A DNA stretch of 64,000 nucleotides from Tubulanus polymorphus (taxonomy: Eukaryota; Animalia; Nemertea). The notes below the pieces were generated by a model that saw only the letters and a program-made list of their open reading frames with translations, did not search any database and was not told the origin of the DNA. The DNA lies in assembly GCF_964204645.1 (NCBI RefSeq), contig NC_134026.1, positions 27,934,150 through 27,998,149 on the forward strand, written 5' to 3'. Shown one piece after another: positions 39,901-53,636 of this stretch (position 1 is the stretch's first letter; each line of letters begins with the position of its first letter). Both the position numbers and the translations under genes were made by a program.

Positions 39901-42900
39901 GTCAAACGATGCAATGGCTTACGGGTCCTTGCAGGCTGATTTTCATCCTCTGCCAAAACCTTGGTATCATCTTCGTGATGATTTGGAATTAAAAAGTAAG
40001 TAACATTCAGTTTTCTCTTTACGATAATTTTTTCAAGATGTTTATATAAAATGTTTAAATATTTCCTTTTCAGTTCCAAAAGCCCAACCATTCGCATACG
40101 CTCAAACAACATTTTACCTAAATGATATGGGAAATACACAAAATATAGTAGATACAGTGACTGAAATACGCAGTATATGTGAAGACTTTTCAGAGCGTGG
40201 ATTACCGAACTTTCCTAAAGGAATACCGTTCACTTTCTGGGAACAATATATTAATTTACGGACGTATCTCATGGCGTCGTTGTGTTTTATTCTTGGGATT
40301 ATATTCATTGTGCTCGCTGTGATGTTAATGAATATTTGGGCAGCATTCATTGTGGTAAGTTCTTGTTTATTTTGAACGATATTTGCTTATCTTATTTTGT
40401 GAAGAATCTTAAACATCAATTTGATAATTTCTATATTTAGGTAGTCGTTTTAGTGATGATCGTTGTGGAATTGTTCGGTTTTATGGGTTTGACTGGTATA
40501 AAAATGAGCGCAGTGCCTGCCGTTATTTTGATTGTTTCAGTTGGCATTGGAGTAGAATTTACTGTTCACATTGTTATTGTAAGTAGATTATTTTTCTCCG
40601 AGTCTAATGTTTATTGCGTGAGATCTTCATAAAGCTTTCTCTTTATTGAATAACCACGTTTACTGTCACTTCTTCACAGGGCTTTGTTACAGCTATCGGC
40701 AGCAGAGATCGACGCATGAAAATAAGTCTTCATCATACATTTGCTCCAATAATACATGGAGCAGTTTCAACATTACTCGGTGTTATGATGCTCGTGGGTT
40801 CAGAATTTGATTTTATTGTAAGGTAAGTTATTGCCAACAATTTTAATTCACAGAATTATAACAAACAGAAGTCACCTTCAAAGAATAAAGAAATACAGAC
40901 CTCGTCACAATGAACTTCAGGGGGGGGGCAGGAAATAAATTTGTCATAACTGATTTTAATTATTAGAATTTTCCTATTTGAGATGAAATTTTGTTTTTAA
41001 CAACAAGAACCAATAAATCGTTTTATCCATGGTTTTTACAATGAGGTCCCACTGTATGTGAAATGGATTTTTTGGTCTGCACATTAAGTGTTTGATTATA
41101 CTTTAGTACCACCCACATCGTGCGTTCCAAAACTACTCGAATGTGATACCCTTGAGTGCACCTATCCCTCATTTTTTGCATCGAAGATAACAGGGCTAAA
41201 TTTCATGGACACATCTAATCGTTCATTCATCACTGAGCTAAATATATAACTACCACACACAAGCATTTTCCATGAACTCTGAACAATGTTCCAATGTTCC
41301 ATGAACAGTTGTTGACCAGTTTAAGGAAAAATATACAGACAATGAATCAAACTGGCTGATGGAATCATATTAGATATCGGACACTTTTCAATTGAGGAAA
41401 AGATACTCAAAATCATGCTGTATAGCATTATGCGAGATTGTTGAAATTGACTAATAACAGGAGAGAATTCAGGCATCATTAGTCTTCATATATAGAAATG
41501 GAACGAGCAAACTCGGTTTCCTGTATTTTGAATCGGAGAAAGTGAAATAAATCTAGTTTTAGGTGGCCAGTATTTGTGCTGTTTTTTTGCATTCGTCTTT
41601 GGTGACTCTGGCAAGAAAATGTAGGTGTAGTGTGTATGTGCTATCGGGTGATGAATAACCTTTTATTTGCCGGACAATGTCAGCGCTTTCTAAGTCGGCT
41701 CAAGGGCTGAATAATGCCTGCGGTTGTCATGAACTGAATTTTTAATCTCAAGACCTTGTCATAATGCAGTAAGTGCAGTCCTTTCAAATTGGTGATTTGC
41801 GGATAAAAGACCACCCAACTCGGTATCTCACATCATCATGCTTTTGTGTTCCGCTAAATGAAGGTTTGGTCGAACTTTCTTGTTCCCTGTATTGATACAT
41901 CCTATTCATGTCCGTTCTTTCTCACCAACTCGGTGTATGTTGTTGACATTAGTTTGTCTTCAACTGTTTATCGGCAGGACTTCCATCCATTCGTAAGAAT
42001 TTTCACAAACCCTATTTTCCCAACTGCGGGATGGAATTCTTTGCCGTGTCAATATTTGTTTTATTCAAGCATGAAATTGTGAAGATATTTCAACTATGTG
42101 GCCATTATTGAAGTTTGTTATCTTCTGCTGGTGTTTTTCTTGTATTTCTAAGATCTATAGGGGATAATTTTTGAAGATACCGAAGATAACTTGAAATATG
42201 AACTATCAAACTATGTCAATACTACGAGCTTACTTGACCAGTTTTTCATTAACATTTTATTCAAAATGATGTGTGCCACACCAATTCATTCAGGATTTAA
42301 TGTAGATTTACTGCAGGATATAGCTTATTAATTAATTTTGTATACATAGTGTTTATGTTAACTTTATTCATTTAACCAAGATCTGGTAGTTGGGGATTCG
42401 GTGCAAAATCTTTGATGTCTAAATGTTTATTTCCACTGGTGAAATGATTTCCTAGTTTCCCATCTTCCTGCGATGAATTGGGTGCATAGCCAGAAGCTCC
42501 AACTTTTGATGGAAGAAACCTGAAAAGAAGTCTTTTGATACTAAAGCTGAAAGCTGAAAGCTGAATATATTAGATGCTCCGGGTGGTCAATCTAAGTAGA
42601 CATAATCATGACTATTGAAGCTCACCTGCTGAATCTAAGTTTATTACAAGACATGTTTGTAACCTTCCACTTTGTGTGGTCTGCTAGTAGAGAGTGCATC
42701 ATAACCATGCTGGAGGCCAACTTGTGTGTTTAGACAAGTGCCAGCCAGCTCTAGCTGCCTGCCTTCCTTCCTCATCCTTGAGCAGCATTCCTCTCTTTGC
42801 AATGCTCTTGTAGCTTTGGGAATCTATCCTTTCATCTCATTGAGCCAACTTTCCCGTTCAAATCAATATCGAGATAAAGATGGGATCAAATAGGGTTTTG

Positions 42901-44600
42901 TGGCATTTAGTGCATCTAATTCAAATCTTGCCTATGTGTGAACCTCAAATTTTTAATGGTCTGCTTATACTCTTGAGGTGGGCCGGTTCTCTGTATATTT
43001 GCAGCTTGGAAAAGTTTCATGGGGTGAGCCACTCAACCATGCTTATTGAAGTGCTGTATATGATACGGCAATATATACAAATTGTTTCATTGGACCATGA
43101 TCATGGATAAATGCATCCGTGCTGGTGGTCTTTGAAGTGTAGGCTCACCTTTGGTGAAAGTAGCTAAGTTTGAGGTGAATACCTGAAATATTTTTGTCAT
43201 GCAAAACTTCTTTCCGTGGTGTTTATTTTACAGCAGTTTAAGGCGGTCTGTACTGATTATCACGGGTTTCAAGATATCTTTACGTTTTTTTAGCTACACG
43301 TTTTCATTTTACTCATTGATTTCTATCAAGTTGATTTACATTACTGCAGATATCGTGTCTGTGGGGTTGGTTTTCGATTTGTTTTCTGTCCGGATTTCAT
43401 GACTTGTATCTGATTATCGTTGCTTTCTTGCCGCAGCATAAATCAACTTTTTTTTTTCTTGAGTGATGGGTTTAGATAAACTTTTCATATGATCATCAGA
43501 TCCATTTCATGTTTTGAACACTGTAACACATTAAGATAGGTACCTTTTAAACTTCAATTCACTTGTAGTATTCCAGACTGTTTGATTATTCATGTCGGCA
43601 GCAGATTAAACGATTGTTGTAGTCACTATTTCATCATTTTATGCTACATTTTCGTGTTTCTGATACTTGAGAAAGGAAGAATCATGTCTGCAATTTTTTT
43701 TCAATTTTCCGTTTCTTTCCTAACATTTTGTCTGATACAAAAGTTAAAACGAATGCTTTATCAAATCTGATACTTGAATAACAAAAGCTTTATGCTATTA
43801 TATTTTTCAGATATTTCTTTAATGTAATGACCGTCCTAGTTTTCATTGGTTTACTGAATGGCTTGATTTTATTACCTGTCCTGTTATCGATTGCGGGTCC
43901 ACTGGGTGAAGTCCAGCCACACGATAATCCAAATCGAATATCAACACCGACTCCCGAGCCATCGCCGCAACCTGAGCGCCGGCCTGGGAGGGCTACCAGA
44001 TCGCGGCCATATCCGCGAATGCCATCAGAATTATCATTATCAACTATATCAGAAGAGCCATCCGATTATTCATCTCATGAAGTTGTTGTTCATCCAGAAT
44101 TCATCGTAGAGACATCTACAATTCCCAGTAGAAATAATAGTCGTAGTAATAGTAGAAATGTAAGTGACTTATTATGGGGATAGGATCAGCTCGGTTTCTT
44201 ATGGAAATTGTCAGTCGTTTGATGGTTATATATATTTCTCTTACAGCCATCACCTCACTCATCACCTTCACCATCACGTCATGTGACCCATGTGAAAGCT
44301 ATAGCCAAAGTAAAAGTCGAAGTTCATACGCAATTACCAGGTAAGCAAGGTTTTTAGCACACGTGCAAATTAGCAACACAATCAATATAGATCAGATTGA
44401 CAACACCTGCTAAGAAAATACAAAATGAGCACTGTAACCAAATATGATGTTATATAATGTAAATAATCAGTTTTAAACAAATTTCAGGTGCAGTTAAGGC
44501 AGAAAAAAATTATAAGACAAAGCGGCGGAAAACTAAAGAATTGGAAGCTAGTTCTAGTTCAAGTGGTGATTCGGATAGTTCTACAAATGGAAAATCCTGA
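30963..44600 (+). CDS. ptc: Protein patched (Hedgehog receptor, 12-TM RND/sterol-sensing-domain protein), ~26 exons
   Basis: Motifs LWVE|[46 protein letters not shown]|[86 protein letters not shown] and PPPPY in the cytoplasmic loop (~38434-38448). First exon [13 protein letters not shown] at 30963-31001; stop TGA at 44598-44600. Confidence 0.97.
41107..42681. promoter_or_regulatory. Intronic GLI site cluster in the largest patched intron
   Basis: TACCACCCA 41107(+), GACCACCCA 41809(+, perfect), GACCACCCG 42580(-), GACCACACA 42673(-). Confidence 0.6.
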
Positions 44601-46692
44601 AGCTGACTTAATGTAAGCATCTTTATATCAAAATCTAAGTCCTTAATCTTTATTCGATTATTCATAATAGAGAGTTGAAAAAATTTTCTATCTTCAAGTT
44701 CTTCTTGTTCTATTTCAGCGACAACTAACTCGTTGTTGTACATGTATATTGATTCCTGGTGCTAAATGTATGCTGAATATTTTAAACCTCGTGTATAGTG
44801 AATAAGTTATGTATATACAAATCTAGTATAAAATATATAACTTTTATGTTATATAATTTTCATTGTAAATCAAATAGTGTATGCAATATTTTGTGTAATA
44901 GGCAATGCAAAGATCAATAATATAATATTAGATATTGTTTAATTTATGAAGTTGACATTTTGTACATAAAAAGAAGTCATTGTGAGTGGATCATTTGTTT
45001 TATGTGATACGCGTCCGTGTAGTTTTATAGTACTTGCTCGGGAAGATTAAGGCGCACAACTGAAGTCCATGTACCAATCTCTGCAAATCTGAAAGTTTCC
45101 ATTGCTCTTATGGGTCTTCTTTAGTTGTGTGACTTCCAAGTCATTGTCAGATTACTGGTGTTTTCTTTATGTGCATTAGTCTATTAACTGTCAGTCGTTT
45201 GTTTATTGAGTTGCTCATTGGCATTGACATTGTGGTTTAGGGTAAATACATATTTCGTTGTCTCAATGAACTGATATTGATGTTGGGCTCTGCCACTTCT
45301 GCCTCTCAAAAGAATAATCAATTTTGAAAAGGAAATGTTCAACAACGTTAGTGTTTTTTTCTACCTCAGTTGCTGTAATATGTTTATTATGTCAGTTATA
45401 AACTTGTTTAAACATTGTATAAACGTTGTTGCATCTACAAGTACATATGTAAGGATTTTTACCTACTTGGTTTTGATTTAATGCCTGTTTCAGAAAAGAA
45501 TAAGCTTCCCTTTTTAAACGCCTTATTGATTCAGTGAAAACTTATTTTAACGAACTTACATGGAACATTTTAACACATATAACAAACTTAGAATCTAATC
45601 CCAAGTAAGACAATTTGATTTTAATTTCATGCAGCATGGAACAAACTTTCAGTTATAACACATCACTCAACGTGTTTTCTGACCCCTGAAGTTCGCTGTA
45701 TTGCAAATTCAGTTGTAATATGACAATGTAATCAATGATGTAATCAGAGCTAGCCTTGCTTCATTGATTGAATTCAGTTAGTTTATTTGGAAAAACGTTT
45801 TATATTGAGTTATGGTGTCCAATAATGAGTATTTATCCGTCCTGTAACCACTTAACTGACATATCTGAATTTTTCGTTTAAAAAGATGTAAGGTCATGTA
45901 TAATCTGAAATACTGCAGCTTTTTGTATCCTAATATCCTGGACCTGCGCAGATAAAAATCCAAATTCTAAGAATTCACAATTTTGCTTCAAGCTGACTCA
46001 TATCTGTTTCATATATCAAATTCAAATATCGGTTCAATTAGACATGACAATCAAATACTAGTGTGTATATTATTTGAAAGTATTATAAAACTAATTTTCT
46101 ATGAAATAATGATGTTAACTTATGAATATAGGCATTCACCATGGCAGGATGTACGTGTATGTTGTGTAAATAATTGATTGTACATGAATTTTGTAAATTA
46201 TCGATTGATGATGTAAGAAATATTCTGTGATGGTAAATTATCTGAAATATCAGATGAGATTATATAAATTAATGTGTTCAATCACTGAAAACTTAACCGA
46301 TGATGGAAATAAAGTGAAAATATTTTATAAAAATGTACGTTTTGTTTGCTGCATGAGTTTGTAGAGGACTAGTGATGAATATTTCAGCTCCTAAAACCTC
46401 ATAGAAAAATCCGACACATTCAATCAACTAAAACTCAAACGCTCAACACATAAGTTAAATATATATATTATTTATATTTAATTATATCATTTCACCCGTA
46501 CCCAGTTTTTGATACAATATATGTGCAGATTATAAGTAAAATCCAACTGAGTGAAGTTGATTTGTGTACTGGGCTATAACAACAAGAACTGAATAGATGT
46601 CATATGATATTTGATATAACAACGAAATTCTTTGATACCTATTGGTTCGCAATATAGCAACATTTTATTGTTCCATTATTGATTAGGAGTGA

Positions 46693-49600
46693 TTATGTTG
46701 AATCCTTCCTCACCTGAAATCAAGAAGAGAAATATAAAGATACGATGTTAAATAACTCAAGAACAGAATATTTCAGTAATATAATCGCAAGGGCTACCGA
46801 GTTTGTCAGTATTGGAGCGATATTTTCTTTCCTCATCGATTTTTTAGCCACTTTCCCGGCTTCTGATATGTACTTTTGGGCTTGTTTAGTTTTATCCCAG
46901 ATTCGATCTCGAACATGCAACGTCACTCCAAATATATCCTCGTGGAAACGACCAGTGTCCTATGAAGAACGGGAATTGAGAACAATTAAATGCATCAAAA
47001 ATCAAATTTTGATGTTGTGAAAGTATTTTTACCCTTAGTCGTAGCAAATAATCTTTTGCTTCGTCAGCGCTTAATTTTCCTTCAGACTGTATGATCGATA
47101 CAAGAGTCTCAGTCACATCAGCGGCCATTGATACGTCACCACATACGTAGAAATGTCCAGACTTTCTGTGAATCGTGTCATAAACTTCGATCTTATTGCG
47201 CTTCAGTATATCCTGAACATACGTCTAAAAGGGGAATATAATTTCAAGATGGCAGTAGATGTGTTTGTGTTTTTTTTCTTAATGAGAATGGACTTGATTA
47301 AGAAATTGACCTTCGGAGTGCCAGTTTCTCTTGAGAAAGCGGTATAAACAGCGTGAAGAACTCCAGATCGTTGCGCCTCTTCTATTTCGTCCTTATACAA
47401 CTGATCGACATTCGATTCCCGGCATCCAAAGTAAAGAGTCATCCGTCCCCATCCGTTTAATTTACCTACGTAATCGAATACCAGATCATGGGTGTGTCTC
47501 GGCAAGTTTTTTCTTTGCGAAAGTCAGAGCGAATATCTTACCTTTCGGCGCAGCTTCGCCCTGCATCTCCCTGTCGACTTTCCGCTGTTGCCAGAAACTA
47601 CGGAAAGGAGCGATACCAGTTCCCGGGCCAACCATTATAATCGGTAGAGTTGGATCGCCAGGTAGATGGAATGAATGAGCTCTGAAATTATAGAAATACA
47701 TGATCAGCACCTTTATTTCGGGTTTAAAACATTTCGGGAGTTTTGAGGAATATTGACTTACTGACGAATAAAACATGGAATCGTTTCACCGATACGGGCT
47801 TGATTTAGCCAATTAGAACAGACTCCTCGATGTAAGGGCCCAGCACCTCCTAAAACAAAATAATCACACATTGTCTTATGTTATTTGCGAGACACACTTA
47901 GAAACAAGCAACATGGTTACGTAATACTGAACCTTGTGTTCTGTATTCGACCACAGCGACCGTAATGTCAATTTCAGACGGGTGTAGTTTAGGAGACGAA
48001 CTTATGCTATAAAACCGTTGTTGCAGCAAAGGAAGTTGAGATAGCAGGAGAGTGGCAGCCACTCGAACTGATGGACATTCTTCTAATACTTCCACTATGT
48101 TCGGTGTCTTGTCATATTTCCATTGTTCGTAGAATGACGAATCCTGAGAAAAAAAAGAAAAACATTCTACGGACACGAGGGCAGGCGAGGAATAATAACA
48201 TATTTTTTTCTCAAATATAGTATCTTACTTTCGTGAGCCTTTCTAGATACTGTTTGTCAGATTCTCTGGAGGCTAATGTCTTCAAATGTTGAAGCAACAT
48301 TGGAGTCGGTGGTGTGGTAATATCCACAAATCTTTCGAAAGCCATTCGCAGAGTACATGGAGGTATTCCATCATAATCAATCCAGTCTTTAGATTTACCT
48401 TCAAATAAAATCAGATATAGCACCAATTTTCTTATTCAAATATGTCGGAGTGAATCTCATGAATATTACCAAATGGCGTCTGCTTTTCTTGTAGATATTC
48501 CACTTTCACCATTTGGTCAGCTGGTGGGGCATTATGAAGTCTAGCTAGTAAAGCGTCAACCAAATCTGGACTATTGACCGGAAATATGCCGATATGATCT
48601 CCTGGTGTAAAAGCCAGTTCAGGGCAATCGCGAGTGTCCAATTTCACCAATATTGTCTCTCGACTGAATACCATAAGAAACTTTGTCATTTTATTGTCCC
48701 AAAAATTACATAAGACATTTATCCTGTGATACATAATTAAATATAGTATTGCAGTACCTAGATTCGGGCGCCTGCAGATCGTCTCGTGCTAACAGTTGGC
48801 TCGCTATTGTCGTTTTATTATGACTTTTCGATAATGCTGTAAATCGATATTGGAAAGATCACTTAAATATAGGATTTACCGCAAGTTTAGATTTTAATTC
48901 GTTTGTCATTACAAACATATACCTTTACATATGTCTGGTTTATTTACGTTCTCCAGGATGGTTAGCTTGAATTTTCCCGGAGACCAAGATTTTTCAGAAT
49001 TTGATAGCGCACCAGTCGCATCCCCTATACTTATATCATCGCCAACACAAAATGTATCGCAAGCAGCCTGTGTTTAATTTACAGAATATTCATCAGAATG
49101 TGGTTATGTTATTACAATGTATTTCTTTTTGTTTCCGTGTGGTTTAATTAACATACTTGAAATATCCCTTTAGCCCAGCTGGTATACGACTCTTCTTGGC
49201 CACAAAGTTCATCTCCTTCTTGTAACTTATATATCCTCTCACCTCCTAATTCTGCCATTAAGCGATCAACGAAGTGTCCAAATGCACAAAAATTGGGATA
49301 TGCCTTTGAACCTAATGCAAAAACTCCATACCTGTAAATCAATCATAGTTATGAATCGAGATTCTTTCATCTGCTTTCTGTTTACTGAAACTGGATCATC
49401 GGTCGCTTATACCGAACATTTGCCAACGGTCCTCCTTCTGTGAGTCCATTAGTTGTCTTGTTTGAACCGATCTGGTCAGACTTTTCATGCGTCATTTCTA
49501 GATATGACGAGGTGCTCATCTCTTTGGAACTGTAAGTAACATATTTCAAAAGAACTAATAATTAACAAAAAGTGCTAAAAACGTGCTATAAATGCATGTA

Positions 49601-52600
49601 ATTTACTTAGTATTGTTGGTGATACGTACTCGTCGAATGATCTCATGCTGAATAGATTTTTTCCAAAACTCTGAAATATATATGACACCATATAGCGATT
49701 TGTTTCATGTTAATCCCCTCAAAGTCGTTTTAAACTGAAGCACCTACAACTCCGTTTTCGGGTGGATCACCATTTCCGAATGTTGAAGTTACAAATATTA
49801 CCAATGCCTCGTGCTCAAGCTCCATTATATCATAATTGTCCATACACACGACCTGCAACATTACATTTTATGATATTTCATCATTTTATCCGTGAACAAA
49901 GGCTGCTTTTTACCCGCCTATTCTAAACAACTTACCTTCGCATCGAATACTTGTCTAAACACTTCACACAACATACGAGCATATCTTTCCGACTTCCCAG
50001 TTTCTGTTGCAAACAATATTGAACATTTCACTCGCCTTGCTAAGGCTTTTCCCATCAGCTTCGCGGAAAACTTCACTGCTCTAAAATTACATATTCCGTA
50101 ACGGTAATCAGTTCCATAAAATGATGATGTTTCAATAAGATTCTATTAAACGGTTTGCCTGGTTCAAACCTGGCGATTTCTCTAAAGCTGAACTTTCGTT
50201 TCTCGTGCTTCAGATCTTTCGAAGACAGTACTCCTTTCGTATTTCCTTTATTCCAAACATGCACCTTCCATGGGTCCACCTGAGCAAGGAAATATCATCG
50301 AATTGAATATTCAATCCACGTGCCGTGAATCATACATAGGATCTCTACTAACCTGATACTCGTAGGATGGCTTTAGTTGATAATTAAGCATTTCTTGGTG
50401 AAATATCGGAGTGGTTGATCCACTAATTGGTGGCACCAACCATACCCAATCGCCCGGACATCCTCCGCGTAATTTCTGCTCATTTTCAAGATGCTTCATA
50501 AATGACTCAGATAGTTGATGATGGTCGACAATGGTCACATTCATCAACTAAATATAAGACATAAGTTACATGAAAATCATGTTTGAAATGATTCATACAT
50601 AATTGCACATCGATTTCGATATATATATACATACTTGGTAGCTGTGAAGAACTGAAATATTGACTTCTACCAGTGCTCTATCTTTCCATAACGAAGAGGT
50701 CTTTTTAGTGTCCAAACCCATTCTAGTAGCAATTGTCTGAAAGAAAGCGAGAACGTTGAAACGAAACTTTCCATTTCTGTGAATAGAAATTGATTTCGTG
50801 ATTCATCACCTCCAGGATACTGTATCTATATGTATCGCAAAGATTGCGAGCACCTATCTCTGTACCCATATACCAGCCATTAAAAGGGCACCCGGTAAAC
50901 TCTAGTCCTCCGAGGTCTAACATCATCGACGAAACTGCTGGCAACGCGTACCATTTCAATCCAAGATCAGCAAACCAAGGGAATCTATATGAGTAAATCA
51001 GATCCCCAAAATTTAAGACGATTCAATTGAATTTCTGCATGTTTTATTTTCTATATCGTACTTTGGATGTTTGAGTGGAACCTCGAGTACAAGATCCGGA
51101 GGTATCTCGAACATATCTGGGTCTTCGCCATTAGCGGAAAGAACCAACGGCAAAACATCAAACATACCATACTTCGGTTTCCAACCCATTCTAATGCAAA
51201 CCTATGCAAAGAATAACGACTGCTTTACTCAAATTCAATTATTCAGTTTAGTTGAATATTTCATCAGTAAATGTGTCACCTCAGTAAGTTCAGCATTTGC
51301 GGGATCGCCGATAATAGTTCCATCAGGTTGTCTATAACCAGCGTATCTGATCAATTGACTGTTCCATACCCTGAAATCGTGCTTTCCGTCTGTTCTTGGT
51401 GGGAAAACGGTCACCGACGATCTGTTTAAAACATAGAATTTACGACTCGCTTATCTCTCATTAAACTATATATCTATATCTATAATTTTACCTAAGGTTT
51501 CCTTTATTTGTCGCGTATTTCATGTGATTACAAATGGCTTCAAACATTTCCCGCGTAGTTGAAATGCGCCTGGCATCGAAAACCTTGTAAGAAAAATATC
51601 AGTATTCATTTTGAGCGTAATGGATTAATCATCGTACAAATGCATTTTTTCGAAACTCGATATTATTGAAGAATTGATATATCATGGCTGACCTGCAACT
51701 TGGACCACTGTATCCGTCCAAGGCATCGTGGTGCATTTCTCCATGCAGTTTTGGCCCCAAATGTCAACTCGCTGTGCGTTAGTTCATATGTTCCTGTTTC
51801 TTCAATAGATTTTGAGACCTCCCTCCAACGTTTCAGGTGAGCTGCTTTATTGAGTCTATATCAGATATGTACAAGTGACAATATCAGAATGATTCGGAAT
51901 TAAGATTCTTGCACTTTCACCTCTATACATGTAGATTATATGATCTAGATTTTACCCATAAATACCATAACCTTGCTTTTCTCATAGACATAGTTTCTAA
52001 GGGCAATGAAATAATACTTACCCATCATCTTGTTTAGATTCACTGATACAGATTAAGAATGGCGGTAAGAGAAAGCCTGCACGGACATTTTGTGTATCTG
52101 GTGCATCTTCGCACATTTTTTCATGGTAATGTGAAGAATTGGAAAGTAACTGATTGATTTAGACAACTCTCCAATATATACCTTTTGATAGATGCGTAGT
52201 ACTGGTCGAGGAAATCTTTAGCGTGATGTAGCATTTCATCTCTGGAACGTGGTACTCCTGGAGGGCGAGTTGGAGGTGGGGACATAAACGATCCTAGACA
52301 CTTGTCAGGTGTACAATGAACGTTCTGAAAATAACACATATGGAGGCGTTGGACGTCACAAGAAAAGGTGTTAACGAACTGACTTCGCACATTTTGTAAC
52401 GACATCGATCTTACGTTCATCATTCTGAGAACGCTCCTATATATTTACCTCTAAAGCATTTATATGTAATTTATCAGCGGCTGAAAGTTTCTCATCGGCC
52501 CAGTTTTTGACCCGTACATACGAATTTTTTGGACTAGACGGTGATTTTCGGGTTCGTCCATGTTCACTGCTACTTCTCTTTCTATTTAATTCATCTGCGC

Positions 52601-53636
52601 TGTCTTCTGTTTTAGACTGCCGTGGTGAACTTTGACTTCGTCTCGATCGATTCGTTGCTTTTGCCGCTTTTGCTTTGTTTGAGATTTCGTTTCTAATTTT
52701 CAGATTATTGACCTTCGACTGCAACAAGTCATTAGCGTCGTCCAGAGACAATTGTTCGGTGCTTCGTTTTTCTAATGAGTCAAGACGTAACCCTTTCTTG
52801 TTTTTCTCTTTCTTTTTGACGAGCGCGCCGTGAAATATTGATTCTTTGCATTCGAGGTTTCGGGAATTTTCATTATCAGGCTTGGTCAGGATGATTTTTG
52901 GGGAACTTGGTGAAGTTTTCTCTAACAGTGTATCGGAGTCGTTTTCACCTTCATCCACGTTTTCTGAAAATACTGTATGATTTTCATCGAATTCTCGCGC
53001 TGTCTTTAGTAGGGTATTCGTATCTACGTCGGTTGAACTTTTGCTTTTGTACAAATCGCTTTCTATATCGCTTTCGTCCTCGTAGTCGGAGCCAGCAAAC
53101 GATACACTTCTCCCTAATGACCGACTGGACCTCGACAGCAGTGAATTCCTACCAGTTTTACCATCTGTCAAACACTGAAAAGGACTTAATGATCGGGGCA
53201 AAGAGGCCGACTTTTCCTGGCCTCCATTACCTACACCGAGGTGTCGAGGTCTTGTTTTCAATTTCTCTCGATATTTTTCCGGTACTGGCTGACTGATGCG
53301 GATCGTACACGGTGTACCATCTTCCTTGAACACTGTTTGAAGATGCGTCATGTAACCGCTGGGTCCTCGAAGGAGTAGCACGATCGTCGCATCGTAGGGA
53401 ACCGCTTTCAAAATACGCACCGCGTGTTCGTAACTCATCGAGGATATATTGATATCATTGACGCTGAGGATGATATCACCGACATGGACGAGACAACTTT
53501 CCCAGGCGACACTCCCAGCAATCAAATCAGAAATCACTACGTATGGTTTTTCTTTGCGTTGTTTGACCAAAAAACCAAGTCCACCTTGTCGCCTCTTTAC
53601 CAATTTTACCCGTATTGTGTTTGGTAACGACTCCAT
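46693..53636 (-). CDS. NOS1: Nitric oxide synthase, neuronal type with N-terminal PDZ domain, ~25 exons
   Basis: PDZ (GGLGFLVK). Zinc site CTPDKC. Heme ligand [29 protein letters not shown] and [13 protein letters not shown]. CaM site [21 protein letters not shown] domain FATETGKS and [16 protein letters not shown] site [13 protein letters not shown] domain [16 protein letters not shown] and RFHEDIFG. Probable 21-nt last exon 46713-46693 (VRKDST*); without that splice the frame ends at 46720. Confidence 0.96.

Noticed and set aside
41648-41710. Box C (gtgatga) and box D (ctga) pair suggesting an intronic snoRNA
   Set aside because: No terminal stem or recognisable rRNA guide; such motifs are frequent by chance.
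44598-44606. Stop-codon readthrough or selenocysteine at the TGA stops of patched and YPEL
   Set aside because: A second in-frame stop follows within 2-5 codons, there is no TGA-CTA context and no SECIS was recognised.
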